Origin: a virus
Length of the DNA: 64,000 bases
Reading direction: 5' to 3' (one strand)
IMG/VR virus record: IMGVR_UViG_3300045988_105924
Coordinates: 6,565-70,564 of that record
In this document: piece by piece, positions 18,165-25,689 of the stretch
How the letters are laid out: every line of letters starts with the position of its first letter
Numbering within the stretch: position 1 is the stretch's first letter
Position numbers and translations under genes: made by a program
Notes under the pieces: model-generated
The model's database searches: none
What the model saw: the letters and a program-made list of their open reading frames with translations, nothing else
Told to the model about the DNA's origin: nothing

Positions 18165-18584
18165 ATGGATAGTAATATTGACCCAAAGGTCGGAGAGGTT
18201 TGGTTGGTTGATCTATCCAATGCGACAGGTCACCAGCAGCGCGGTATTCGACCGTTTGTTGTGACGAGCAACAACAAGCGCAACTTCTTCAGTCCCACAA
18301 TCAAAGGGAATCCGTTGTCTTCCAGAATATACAAGCGTTCTCCGGTTCATGTCCTGCTCTCAAAGGAAGATTGCGATTTTCTGGATGTTGACAGTATCGT
18401 TCTTTGTGAAGAGACCGATACACTTAACAAAGGACAGTTCATCAAGAAACTTGGTGTCTTATCGGAGCGTCAGATGAATATGATCGCAATGGCAAGATGC
18501 AAGGATGAACCGTTCTTACTCGCAGCATTCCTGAGCGGCGTACAACATACTATGGAATTTCAGAATTTTGCCGCATTTGCTTGA
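18165..18584 (+). CDS. MazF/PemK/Kid-family endoribonuclease toxin-like protein (orphan)
   Basis: GEVWLVDLSNATGHQQRGIRPFVVTS and DSIVLCEETDTLNKGQFIKKLGVLSERQMNMI align to the PemK/MazF signature blocks; SD gaggagaaagact then ATG. Confidence 0.7.
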   Translation: MDSNIDPKVGEVWLVDLSNATGHQQRGIRPFVVTSNNKRNFFSPTIKGNPLSSRIYKRSPVHVLLSKEDCDFLDVDSIVLCEETDTLNKGQFIKKLGVLSERQMNMIAMARCKDEPFLLAAFLSGVQHTMEFQNFAAFA

Positions 18585-18637
18585 TTTTTTATAAGGGTTA
18601 ATGGTACACTACATATAATAAGAAGGAGTGTGCCACT

Positions 18638-19564
18638 ATGCTTACTGAAGAGAAAATCAACGCTTTTGCCGAAAAGTATTCTGATAGAAGCGGTGAGTTT
18701 GTTATATCGACACTTAACCATGTTATGGATTACGAGGCCGAGCGTGGGTATGAGTTGTTTGACTTCACAAAAGATGATTTTGTAAAGATGTTTGCCAAAT
18801 ACAATTGGGTGAATTCAAGTCGGTCGTTCAGAAATGTAAAGTCAATAATTACAGGTTACATCAAAAGTGAGTATCGAGCGAGCATGTATGACTTAGCTGA
18901 ATTCTCGGAGAGCGACGTGAGTTCAGACAATATGTACGAGGACAAGTATTTTGCGTCAGCTGATGAGTTTGTTGATTTCTTGGACAAGTATGAAGAACCA
19001 TATCAGATTCGTATGAACGTGATTGCCGTGCTGTACTGGATTGGTCTTACTTCCGAAGAGGTTTCTAATCTGACAATTAACGATGTTGATTTTGAATCAT
19101 GTACTGTTCTGAATAAGACCGGTGTTGACGCGAGATTGATGAATATCATTAAGCAGTGTTATGAAATGAAACAATACGATGCTCCAAATATGGGAGGATA
19201 CAGAACGTTTTATGTCATAAATGGTGATTACATTCTTCGCAAAACAGAGGATAGAACTGGTGCAGACAGTGATTCAAGAATGTCTACAAATACGATTCAT
19301 AGTTATTTCACGCGCTTGAATGATATTCTCGAAAGAAGATATCATTCAAAGGCTTTAGACCGAAGACATCTGACCAGAAACGGCGAGTATGTCAAGGTTT
19401 ATAACTACTGTAAAACTCATCCAGAATTTAATCTTGCAGAACTTAGTTTCGGAAATGGTAAAGATCCTCTTGCGGACATTATCGGAAGAAAGTGCAGCAA
19501 GGTTGCCTACATTAGTTTCCGGCAAGGATACAAGGGCTGGATCGAATACTTCCACAAAAATTAA
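18638..19564 (+). CDS. hypothetical protein (308 aa)
   Basis: SD aagaaggagtgtgccact then ATG. Confidence 0.55.
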   Translation: MLTEEKINAFAEKYSDRSGEFVISTLNHVMDYEAERGYELFDFTKDDFVKMFAKYNWVNSSRSFRNVKSIITGYIKSEYRASMYDLAEFSESDVSSDNMYEDKYFASADEFVDFLDKYEEPYQIRMNVIAVLYWIGLTSEEVSNLTINDVDFESCTVLNKTGVDARLMNIIKQCYEMKQYDAPNMGGYRTFYVINGDYILRKTEDRTGADSDSRMSTNTIHSYFTRLNDILERRYHSKALDRRHLTRNGEYVKVYNYCKTHPEFNLAELSFGNGKDPLADIIGRKCSKVAYISFRQGYKGWIEYFHKN

Positions 19565-19569
19565 AAACA

Positions 19570-19596
19570 GGGGGCTTCAGCCCCTTGATTTTAACA
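19570..19596 (+). terminator. rho-independent terminator (GGGGC-TTCA-GCCCC then T-tract)
   Basis: GC hairpin followed by ttgattttaa. Confidence 0.65.
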
Positions 19597-19602
19597 TTGT
19601 AA

Positions 19603-19620
19603 CTATATAACACAGGATAC
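19603..19620 (+). promoter_or_regulatory. conserved motif CTATATAACACAGGATAC (copy 1)
   Basis: one of five direct copies, always 13-25 nt upstream of an SD. Confidence 0.6.
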
Positions 19621-19652
19621 AGAAAATAGTATTTGAATGGAGAATGATAACA

Positions 19653-21719
19653 ATGTCTGATTTCAAGAAATTTCGTGCACTGCTGCAGGACCACTTCAAT
19701 GAGATGGTGAAGGGCGAAAGCCCTCTGTTTATCACCGATGCAGACGAGGATGAACTGTATAATCTGTATCTCGACAGCTTCCCAGCTGGCACGAATGAGT
19801 TGTTCCGTAAGCGGCGCGAGTATGACTGTTCCTGCTGCCGCCGTTTCGTAAAGAACATCGGTAAGCTGGTTTCCTTTATGGATGGTCAGATGGTTACCGT
19901 CTGGGATTTCGATACCAAGTCCGATGTTTATCAGCCGGTTGTGGATGCGCTGGCTGCCTATGTGAAAACCTGCGCTGTTGTGAACCCGTATTACGTCAGC
20001 CGCAATATGATCTCTGATAGCAAGTTTGGCACTGAGATGAACTATGAGTATGACGCTGATCATAAGGCGGTTCATACCTGGGATCATTTCGTTGTCGAGA
20101 TTCCTCAGCGGTTCATTGTGCGTCCCGATGACGTACCTACCAAGATGGCTCAGTGGCGTGATTCCGCCAATGTGTTCAAGCGCTCTCTGGAGGAGCTAAC
20201 CATGGATGCCGTGGACACCGTGCTTGAGCTGATTGCGCAGAACAGCCTGTATCGCGGTAAGGAGTTTGAATCTCTGGTTCGTGGCTTCAAAATCGATAAG
20301 CAAGTGTATGATCGTCTGCCTGATGAAAAGAAGTCCGCTTATGTTTGGATGGCTCCCGGCGGAGCTTCGATGAACCGGCTTCGCATCCGCAATACGGCAA
20401 TCGGTACTCTGCTGGTGAACCTGAGCGAGGGCATGGACGTGGATGCTGCTGTGTCTGCGTTTGAGGCCATTGTTGCTCCCGCCAACTATAAGCGTCCTAA
20501 GGCGATTTTTACCAAGAAGATGCTGGAAGACGCACAGAAAACCGTCACTGAGTTGGGCTATATGAACAGTCTGGGTCGCCGGTTTGCTACTCTGGACGAC
20601 ATCACCGTAAATAACGTTTTATTCTGTAACCGAGACGCAGCCCCTCGTATTACTGGCGCTGTGAATCCGTTTGAAGCAATGGCGAAGACTGTCGCAATCG
20701 ATCCTAAGAAGTTCGGCCGCGCAGAGGAAATCGGTATTGATAAGTTTATCAAGGACGTGCTGCCCACCGCGACTGGTCTGGAACTGTTTATGGAGAATCG
20801 GTTTGAGAAGAATATGACGTCTCTGATTGCTCCGCAGGATAAGAACGCGCCGTCTATGTTCAAGTGGGCGAATGGTTTCAGTTGGGCGTATACGGGTAAC
20901 GTGGCTGACAGCCAGATCCGTGAGAACGTCAAGAATGCAGGCGGTAAGGTTGATGGCGTGTTGCGTTTCTCTATTCAGTGGAACGATAAGCAGTGCGAGT
21001 GGGATGGAAATGACCTTGATGCCCACTGTGTTGAACCGAACGACTTTGAGATCTATTTTGGCAACAAACGAGATTGGAGTACTGGTGGCAATCTGGATGT
21101 AGATATTATTCATCCTGATCGCGATGAGGCCGCTGTTGAGAATATTACATGGCCTGACATCAAAAAGATGAAGGATGGTAAATACGAGTTCTTTGTTCAT
21201 TGCTTCTCTAACCGTGGCGGCAAAACCGGCTTCCGCGCAGAGATTGAATTTGATGGTCAAATCTACTCCTTCAATTACAATATTCCGCTGCGTCAGACTC
21301 AGAATGTTTCTGTTGCTACTGTTGTGTTGAATGATGGGCAGTTTACTATTAAGGAACATCTCAATAGTTCTACTTCTTCCCGTGAAATCTGGGGTGTGAA
21401 TTCCAATCAGTTTGTACCGGTGTCCGTAGCAATGTATTCTCCGAACTACTGGGACGAGCAGAGTGGTAACGGTAATCGTCATTACTTCTTCATGCTCAAG
21501 GATTGTGTAAACCCTGAAAAGCCCAATGGATTCTACAATGAATTCCTGAAGGCGGAACTGCTACAGCATAAGCGAGTATTCGAGGCTCTTGGTTCTCAGA
21601 TGGCAGTTCAGTCGGTAGATGACCAGCTGTCCGGCGTTGGGTTCTCTGAGACGAAACATGATTCCTTTGTTGTCAAGGTTCAGGGCGCTACTGAGCGGGT
21701 TCTGAAAGTTGTTATTTAA
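19653..21719 (+). CDS. large protein of unknown function (688 aa), GC-enriched
   Basis: long ORF with a strong C-ending codon bias distinct from flanking AT-rich genes; CSCC cluster near the N-terminus; no P-loop or other recognisable catalytic motif. Confidence 0.65.
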   Translation: MSDFKKFRALLQDHFNEMVKGESPLFITDADEDELYNLYLDSFPAGTNELFRKRREYDCSCCRRFVKNIGKLVSFMDGQMVTVWDFDTKSDVYQPVVDALAAYVKTCAVVNPYYVSRNMISDSKFGTEMNYEYDADHKAVHTWDHFVVEIPQRFIVRPDDVPTKMAQWRDSANVFKRSLEELTMDAVDTVLELIAQNSLYRGKEFESLVRGFKIDKQVYDRLPDEKKSAYVWMAPGGASMNRLRIRNTAIGTLLVNLSEGMDVDAAVSAFEAIVAPANYKRPKAIFTKKMLEDAQKTVTELGYMNSLGRRFATLDDITVNNVLFCNRDAAPRITGAVNPFEAMAKTVAIDPKKFGRAEEIGIDKFIKDVLPTATGLELFMENRFEKNMTSLIAPQDKNAPSMFKWANGFSWAYTGNVADSQIRENVKNAGGKVDGVLRFSIQWNDKQCEWDGNDLDAHCVEPNDFEIYFGNKRDWSTGGNLDVDIIHPDRDEAAVENITWPDIKKMKDGKYEFFVHCFSNRGGKTGFRAEIEFDGQIYSFNYNIPLRQTQNVSVATVVLNDGQFTIKEHLNSSTSSREIWGVNSNQFVPVSVAMYSPNYWDEQSGNGNRHYFFMLKDCVNPEKPNGFYNEFLKAELLQHKRVFEALGSQMAVQSVDDQLSGVGFSETKHDSFVVKVQGATERVLKVVI

Positions 21720-21733
21720 GAGGAGAAATTATT

Positions 21734-22117
21734 ATGGAAAAGAATCTGTTTGAAATTGCAACCCGTAATCGCTATCGCTTCAACTATAAGGGTATTATGA
21801 CTGTTGAAGATCTGTGGGATCTGAGTGTCGAGGCACTAGATGCGATTTTTAAGACCCTGAATCGTCAGAAGAAGACCGCAGACGAAGACTCCTTGCTGGC
21901 TGTTAAGAGTGCCGAAAATACCGAACTGGCAAACAAGATTGAGCTGGTCAAGTATATCGTGTCTGTCAAGCTGGCTGAATCTGAGGCTCGTGTGGATGCA
22001 GCCGAGAAGAAGGCGCAGCGCGATAAGATTATGAAGATTGTGGCAAAGAAGAAGGACAAGGAGCTGGAAGATATGGACGTAGACCAGCTGATGAAGAAGC
22101 TGGAAGAGTTGAACTAA
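21734..22117 (+). CDS. hypothetical coiled-coil protein (127 aa)
   Basis: SD agaggagaaattatt then ATG. Confidence 0.55.
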   Translation: MEKNLFEIATRNRYRFNYKGIMTVEDLWDLSVEALDAIFKTLNRQKKTADEDSLLAVKSAENTELANKIELVKYIVSVKLAESEARVDAAEKKAQRDKIMKIVAKKKDKELEDMDVDQLMKKLEELN

Positions 22118-22136
22118 AATAGACATTTTATCGTGA

Positions 22137-22163
22137 TTTTCGTTAAAATAATTAACGAAAATA
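22137..22163 (+). repeat. perfect 11-bp inverted repeat ATTTTCGTTAA-AATAA-TTAACGAAAAT
   Basis: palindrome read directly; AT-rich, so more operator-like than terminator-like. Confidence 0.6.
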
Positions 22164-22188
22164 CGTTAGAATTTTGAGGTGATTTTTG

Positions 22189-22854
22189 ATGAAAACCTAC
22201 GAAAAAATCGAAACGGTGTTTAATCGTGATATCGAAGGCACTAAAAAGCTGATTATCGGTGATTTTCGTAATGAAACCATTGAGTTCCTACAAAATAATG
22301 AGTGGGAATTTACTGAGAAAGTGGATGGCACGAATGTGCGTGTTTGCTGGGACGGTCATAAAGTCAGCTTTGCCGGACGAACTGAACGTGCCGAACTTCC
22401 TAAGAATTTGGTGGATGCACTAAATGAAATTTTCGGTACTTCTGAAGCAGAGGAATTGTTTGAACAGACTTACGGTGATAAAGAAGTAATCCTCTTTGGA
22501 GAGGGTTATGGTGGCAAAATTCAAGGATGTGGTCATGGATACCGACCTGATGAGTGGTTCATCTTGTTCGATGTCCTGGTTGGTGATAACTACCAGAGTA
22601 GAGAGTGGGTTGAAAAGACTGCTCAGATGTTTGGTATCCAAGTAGTTCCTATTTTGTTTACAGGGACGATTCGAGACGGTATCAAGTTTGTGTGTCAACA
22701 TCCGAAGTCTACGGTTTCGATTGATGACATTTATATGGAAGGTCTGGTTGGTCGTCCAAAGGTTGAGTTGAAAGACCGCAGAGGTAATCGAGTAATTGTC
22801 AAAATCAAGTGGAATGACTTCAAGGATATCGCTGATACGCTTGGTAATGAGTAA
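22189..22854 (+). CDS. ATP-dependent RNA ligase-like nucleotidyltransferase (Rnl2/DRB0094 family, minimal NTase domain)
   Basis: motif I EKVDGTN (KxDGxN), motif III FGEGYGG, motif IV EGLVGRP, motif V KIKW. Confidence 0.65.
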   Translation: MKTYEKIETVFNRDIEGTKKLIIGDFRNETIEFLQNNEWEFTEKVDGTNVRVCWDGHKVSFAGRTERAELPKNLVDALNEIFGTSEAEELFEQTYGDKEVILFGEGYGGKIQGCGHGYRPDEWFILFDVLVGDNYQSREWVEKTAQMFGIQVVPILFTGTIRDGIKFVCQHPKSTVSIDDIYMEGLVGRPKVELKDRRGNRVIVKIKWNDFKDIADTLGNE

Positions 22855-22923
22855 TTAAGACATTTTCTTCCTCCGAAAATGCCCTGAGCGGGGCTGACAG
22901 CCGGGAAAGACCGGCAATTATAT

Positions 22924-23008
22924 GCCAAGGTGCTGCAAATGGGAGACAGGGCGAGCCCAAACCTCGCTGTGGAAACACATGCGGTTTCGAATACCGTCCT
23001 TGGCACCA
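22924..23008 (+). tRNA. tRNA-Leu (anticodon CAA), type II
   Basis: hand-folded cloverleaf: acceptor GCCAAGG/CCTTGGC, 3-bp D stem, anticodon arm GCGAG-CCCAAAC-CTCGC, variable arm TGTG-GAAA-CACA, T arm GCGGT-TTCGAAT-ACCGT, encoded CCA. Confidence 0.75.
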
Positions 23009-23048
23009 GAGCCCGAACGTCCACCTATTAGATATTGGAGGCAAATTC

Positions 23049-23930
23049 ATGAAAAGAATCGACAAATTTACAAAAAAAGAAATTGAGCAAGTTTTTAGAG
23101 AGAGTAAAAGCTTAGATGCTGTTGCAAGAAAACTTGGATATAAAGACAACAGCGGTGGAACTCACTCGGCTTTAAAGAAATATGTTGAAGAGAATAATAT
23201 AGACATATCCCATTTTACTGGGCAAGGCTAGAACAAAGGTAACTTTGATTTGTCAAAATTTACAAAGGGAGTATCTTTTAGCAGTCAGTTAAGGAAAGCC
23301 TTGCTTTACATAAGACCTCATAAATGTGAATGTTGTGGCAATACAGAATAGTTGGGACATGAAATTCCATTGGAGGTTCATCATGTAGATGGAGATAGGC
23401 TTAACAATGAGTTGAGCAACCTACAACTTTTATGTCCAAATTGTCATGCTCAAACAGATAATTACTGCGGAAAAAATATAAGATACAAAGAGGCCGTTCC
23501 AGAAGAAAAGTTGATAGAAGCACTTAAAATATCACCAAATATAAAACAAGCACTTTCTAAAATTGGTATAAATTATTCCGCGAAGAGTTGGTACGACAAA
23601 GCTAAAAGATTGATGGAAGAAAACAATATCGAATTTAGTAAAAAGGAAGTTTCAGTTCCTGTTAAGAAAAGAGAACATAGATGCAGACGATGCTCTGTGT
23701 GTGGCAAACCTTTACAATACAATACAAAAGGAACGTTGTGTAAAGAATGCTATAGGCATTCGCCAGATAGAAGGAATGTTGAATGGCCATCAAAAGAAAC
23801 TTTATTGAATGATATAACAACTATGTCTTTCTTAAAGGTTGGTGAAAAATATGGAGTGACTGATAATGCCGTTAGAAAATGGTGTAGATATTATGGCCTC
23901 CCGGCAACTAGGAAAGAATTAAGAAAATAA
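23049..23930 (+). CDS. HNH homing endonuclease, one 294-codon frame containing two in-frame TAG codons (23229-23231, 23349-23351)
   Basis: single frame 23049..23930; the HNH core PHKCECCGNTE-[TAG]-LGHEIPLEVHHVDGDRLNNELSNLQLLCPNCH is contiguous only if TAG is translated; no frameshift is needed; SD ttggaggcaaattc then ATG. Confidence 0.55.
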
Positions 23931-23936
23931 TACACG

Positions 23937-23962
23937 TGGCGAGATAACTCGCCACATTATAT
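23937..23962 (+). terminator. hairpin GTGGCGAG-ATAA-CTCGCCAC plus A/T tail
   Basis: perfect 8-bp stem downstream of the HNH gene. Confidence 0.55.
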
Positions 23963-24047
23963 GCTACCGTGGTGCAATTGGCGAGACACAGTTGCCTTAA
24001 AAGCAACCGTCCGAGAGGAATTGAGGGATCATACCCCTCCGGTAGCA
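23963..24047 (+). tRNA. tRNA-Leu (anticodon UAA), type II
   Basis: acceptor GCTACCG/CGGTAGC, 3-bp D stem, anticodon arm GTTGC-CTTAAAA-GCAAC, 15-nt variable arm, T arm GAGGG-ATCATAC-CCCTC (atypical T loop). Confidence 0.6.
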
Positions 24048-24053
24048 TCATAT

Positions 24054-24127
24054 CCAGAATGTAGTGTAATGGCAGCACGCTGCGTTTGGGACGCAGAAGA
24101 GCGATTCGAATTCGACATTTTGGACCA
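24054..24127 (+). tRNA. tRNA-Pro-like (anticodon UGG), non-canonical
   Basis: acceptor CCAGAAT/ATTTTGG, anticodon arm CTGCG-TTTGGGA-CGCAG, T loop TTCGAAT, but only 3 Watson-Crick pairs in the T stem and an irregular D arm; CCA encoded. Confidence 0.4.
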
Positions 24128-24150
24128 GTGGAGTATTCCACTTTCTTTTC
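24128..24150 (+). terminator. hairpin GTGGA-GTAT-TCCAC followed by TTTCTTTTC
   Basis: stem-loop plus T-run immediately after the tRNA 3' end. Confidence 0.5.
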
Positions 24151-24223
24151 ATGAATACCTTCCTATTATTCTTGGCTCTCCAAAAAAACGGAGCAGTAGG
24201 ACGCAGCAAGCCAAGTTACATAA

Positions 24224-24313
24224 TGAGGGTTCGCCAAGTGGTAAATGGCATCTGGCTTTGACCCAGACAGCGTGCTTTATAGCCGATCGTCGGTTCGATC
24301 CCGACACCCTCAA
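24224..24313 (+). tRNA. tRNA-Gln-like (anticodon UUG) with an atypical 21-nt extra region
   Basis: acceptor TGAGGGT/ACCCTCA, D arm GCCA..TGGC, anticodon arm TCTGG-CTTTGAC-CCAGA, canonical T arm GTCGG-TTCGATC-CCGAC; a 21-nt variable-position insert is unusual for Gln. Confidence 0.45.
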
Positions 24314-24318
24314 TTTAT

Positions 24319-24407
24319 GGACACGTGATGGAATCGCAGACATGAAAGATTTAGACTCTTTTGCCGTTGATAGCGGTGTGCCCGTTCAAATCGGGTCGTG
24401 TCCACCA
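24319..24407 (+). tRNA. tRNA-Leu (anticodon UAG), type II
   Basis: acceptor GGACACG/CGTGTCC, 3-bp D stem ATG/CAT with long D loop, anticodon arm AAAGA-TTTAGAC-TCTTT, 18-nt variable arm, T arm GCCCG-TTCAAAT-CGGGT, CCA encoded. Confidence 0.6.
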
Positions 24408-24513
24408 TTATCAACTTATGGTTGCGTACCGTTTGTTGATATCCTTTGATTGCCACTATTATTCCCGGCTCGCCAGTGATGGTGCAGTAGTGCTTTGTAA
24501 GCTGGGTTTTCAT

Positions 24514-24588
24514 GCAGCGGTCGTACAACGGCTAGTACATCAGCCTTCCAAGCTGAGGATGAGGTTTCGACTACCTTTCGCTGCTCCA
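24514..24588 (+). tRNA. tRNA-Gly (anticodon UCC)
   Basis: acceptor GCAGCGG/TCGCTGC, D arm GTAC..GTAC, anticodon arm TCAGC-CTTCCAA-GCTGA, T arm GAGGT-TTCGACT-ACCTT, CCA encoded. Confidence 0.75.
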
Positions 24589-24777
24589 ATCTCGTATGGG
24601 TAGGATCTTTGGCGGTCAGATCCGGCCGCGCCTGTGCGAGATACCACCCCGAAAGGGGCGAGATATAGGAAATGTGCATCGCTGTTATTCCTTCCTCGTC
24701 TATATGATATAGATGCAATAGTGTTTTATAAGGAAGGTGCCCAGTTGAATAGTTGCAGCTATTTAACTGGTTTTTAT

Positions 24778-24858
24778 GGGACATTATCTCAATTGGTTAG
24801 AGAACTCAGCTCATAACTGAGCATATGTATCACGGTTCAAGTCCGACATGTCCCACCA
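24778..24858 (+). tRNA. tRNA-Met/fMet-like (anticodon CAU)
   Basis: acceptor GGGACAT/ATGTCCC, D arm TCTC..GAGA, anticodon arm CTCAG-CTCATAA-CTGAG, T loop GGTTCAAGTCC but a weak 3-bp T stem; CCA encoded. Confidence 0.5.
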
Positions 24859-24964
24859 GCCCGAAAGGGCGTACATAAAACCCGCTAGAACTTTTGTTTT
24901 ATAAGCGATGAAATAATATGACGTTAATACGTCTATTATTTTTCGCTAATTTTTAAAGTTCTAG

Positions 24965-24982
24965 CTATATAACACAGGATAC
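24965..24982 (+). promoter_or_regulatory. conserved motif CTATATAACACAGGATAC (copy 2)
   Basis: identical 18-mer to copy 1, followed by SD aaaaggaggag. Confidence 0.6.
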
Positions 24983-24999
24983 GAAAAGGAGGAGTTGTA

Positions 25000-25689
25000 A
25001 TCTTACGAGTTTTAATTGCCTGTGAGGAATCACAGGAAGTTTGTAAAGCATTTCGATTGCTTGGTCATGAAGCGTATTCTTGTGATATTCAACCTCCGTC
25101 CGGTGGTCACCCAGAGTGGCATATTTTGGGTGACGCACTGGCAGCTCTACAGGGTGGGCAGATAGTCACAATGGATGGCACACAACACTATGTTGAGCAG
25201 TGGGATCTATTGATTGCACATCCTCCGTGTACATATTTATCAAACGCTGGCGCACGATGGTTGTGGGCTGGACACAAATTGAATCAAGAACGGTATCAAC
25301 AGGGATTGGAAGCTAAGGAATTCTTTATGGCGTTTTACAACGCACCGATCAAACACATTTGTGTTGAAAATCCAATTCCGAGTGCTGTTTATGAAATGCC
25401 AAAACCATCGCAGATGATTCAGCCATATGAATTTTATGGTAAGGACCATCCATGGACAAAGAAGACCTGTTTATGGCTGAAAGGACTACCTAATCTAGTT
25501 CCTGTTGAAGCAGTTGAACCACAGGGTCCGTATTGTCCTTGCGGAACTTCGGCCAATAAAGGCAATGTAAGAAATCGTGGCGCAGCTAAACGTGGTGAGG
25601 ATGCAAAGAATAGGGCTAAGACCTTCCATGGGATTGCTCGTGCTTTTGCAGAACAGTTCTCAGAGTACATTGAAAATGAGGTGAATTGA
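25000..25689 (+). CDS. DNA C5-cytosine methyltransferase-like protein lacking the FxGxGG SAM loop; start codon uncertain
   Basis: motif IV LIAHPPCTYLS (PC) and motif VI ICVENP (ENV) in C5-MTase order; the motif I position reads RVLIACEESQEV instead of the Gly loop; strong SD aaaaggaggag at 24984-24994 but the first canonical in-frame start is TTG 25057; ATC 25000 or ATT 25015 would be needed to include the conserved N-terminus. Confidence 0.4.
   Translation: MLRVLIACEESQEVCKAFRLLGHEAYSCDIQPPSGGHPEWHILGDALAALQGGQIVTMDGTQHYVEQWDLLIAHPPCTYLSNAGARWLWAGHKLNQERYQQGLEAKEFFMAFYNAPIKHICVENPIPSAVYEMPKPSQMIQPYEFYGKDHPWTKKTCLWLKGLPNLVPVEAVEPQGPYCPCGTSANKGNVRNRGAAKRGEDAKNRAKTFHGIARAFAEQFSEYIENEVN

Noticed and set aside
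24409-24513. Additional tRNA or an amber-suppressor (CUA) tRNA in the gap between Leu(UAG) and Gly
   Set aside because: No acceptor/T-arm combination or xT-CTA-Rx anticodon loop could be folded, only a simple hairpin (TATCAAC...GTTGATA). A suppressor was not found in this window.
24589-24652. Calling the 58-nt ATCTCGT...GCGAGAT-ACCA element a tRNA
   Set aside because: It is too short and lacks D and anticodon arms. It is reported only as a tRNA-like minihelix.
22855-24900. Possible group I intron or large structured ncRNA carrying the HNH gene
   Set aside because: The structured segments resolve into individual tRNA cloverleaves with CCA ends. No intron core (P3-P7-like) pairing was found, and no flanking exons of a split gene.
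25057-25689. Accepting the track TTG start at 25057 for the C5-MTase-like gene
   Set aside because: It would discard 19 in-frame codons that align to the conserved N-terminal region of C5-MTases, and it lies 63 nt beyond a strong SD. The start is left unresolved (possibly ATC 25000 or ATT 25015).
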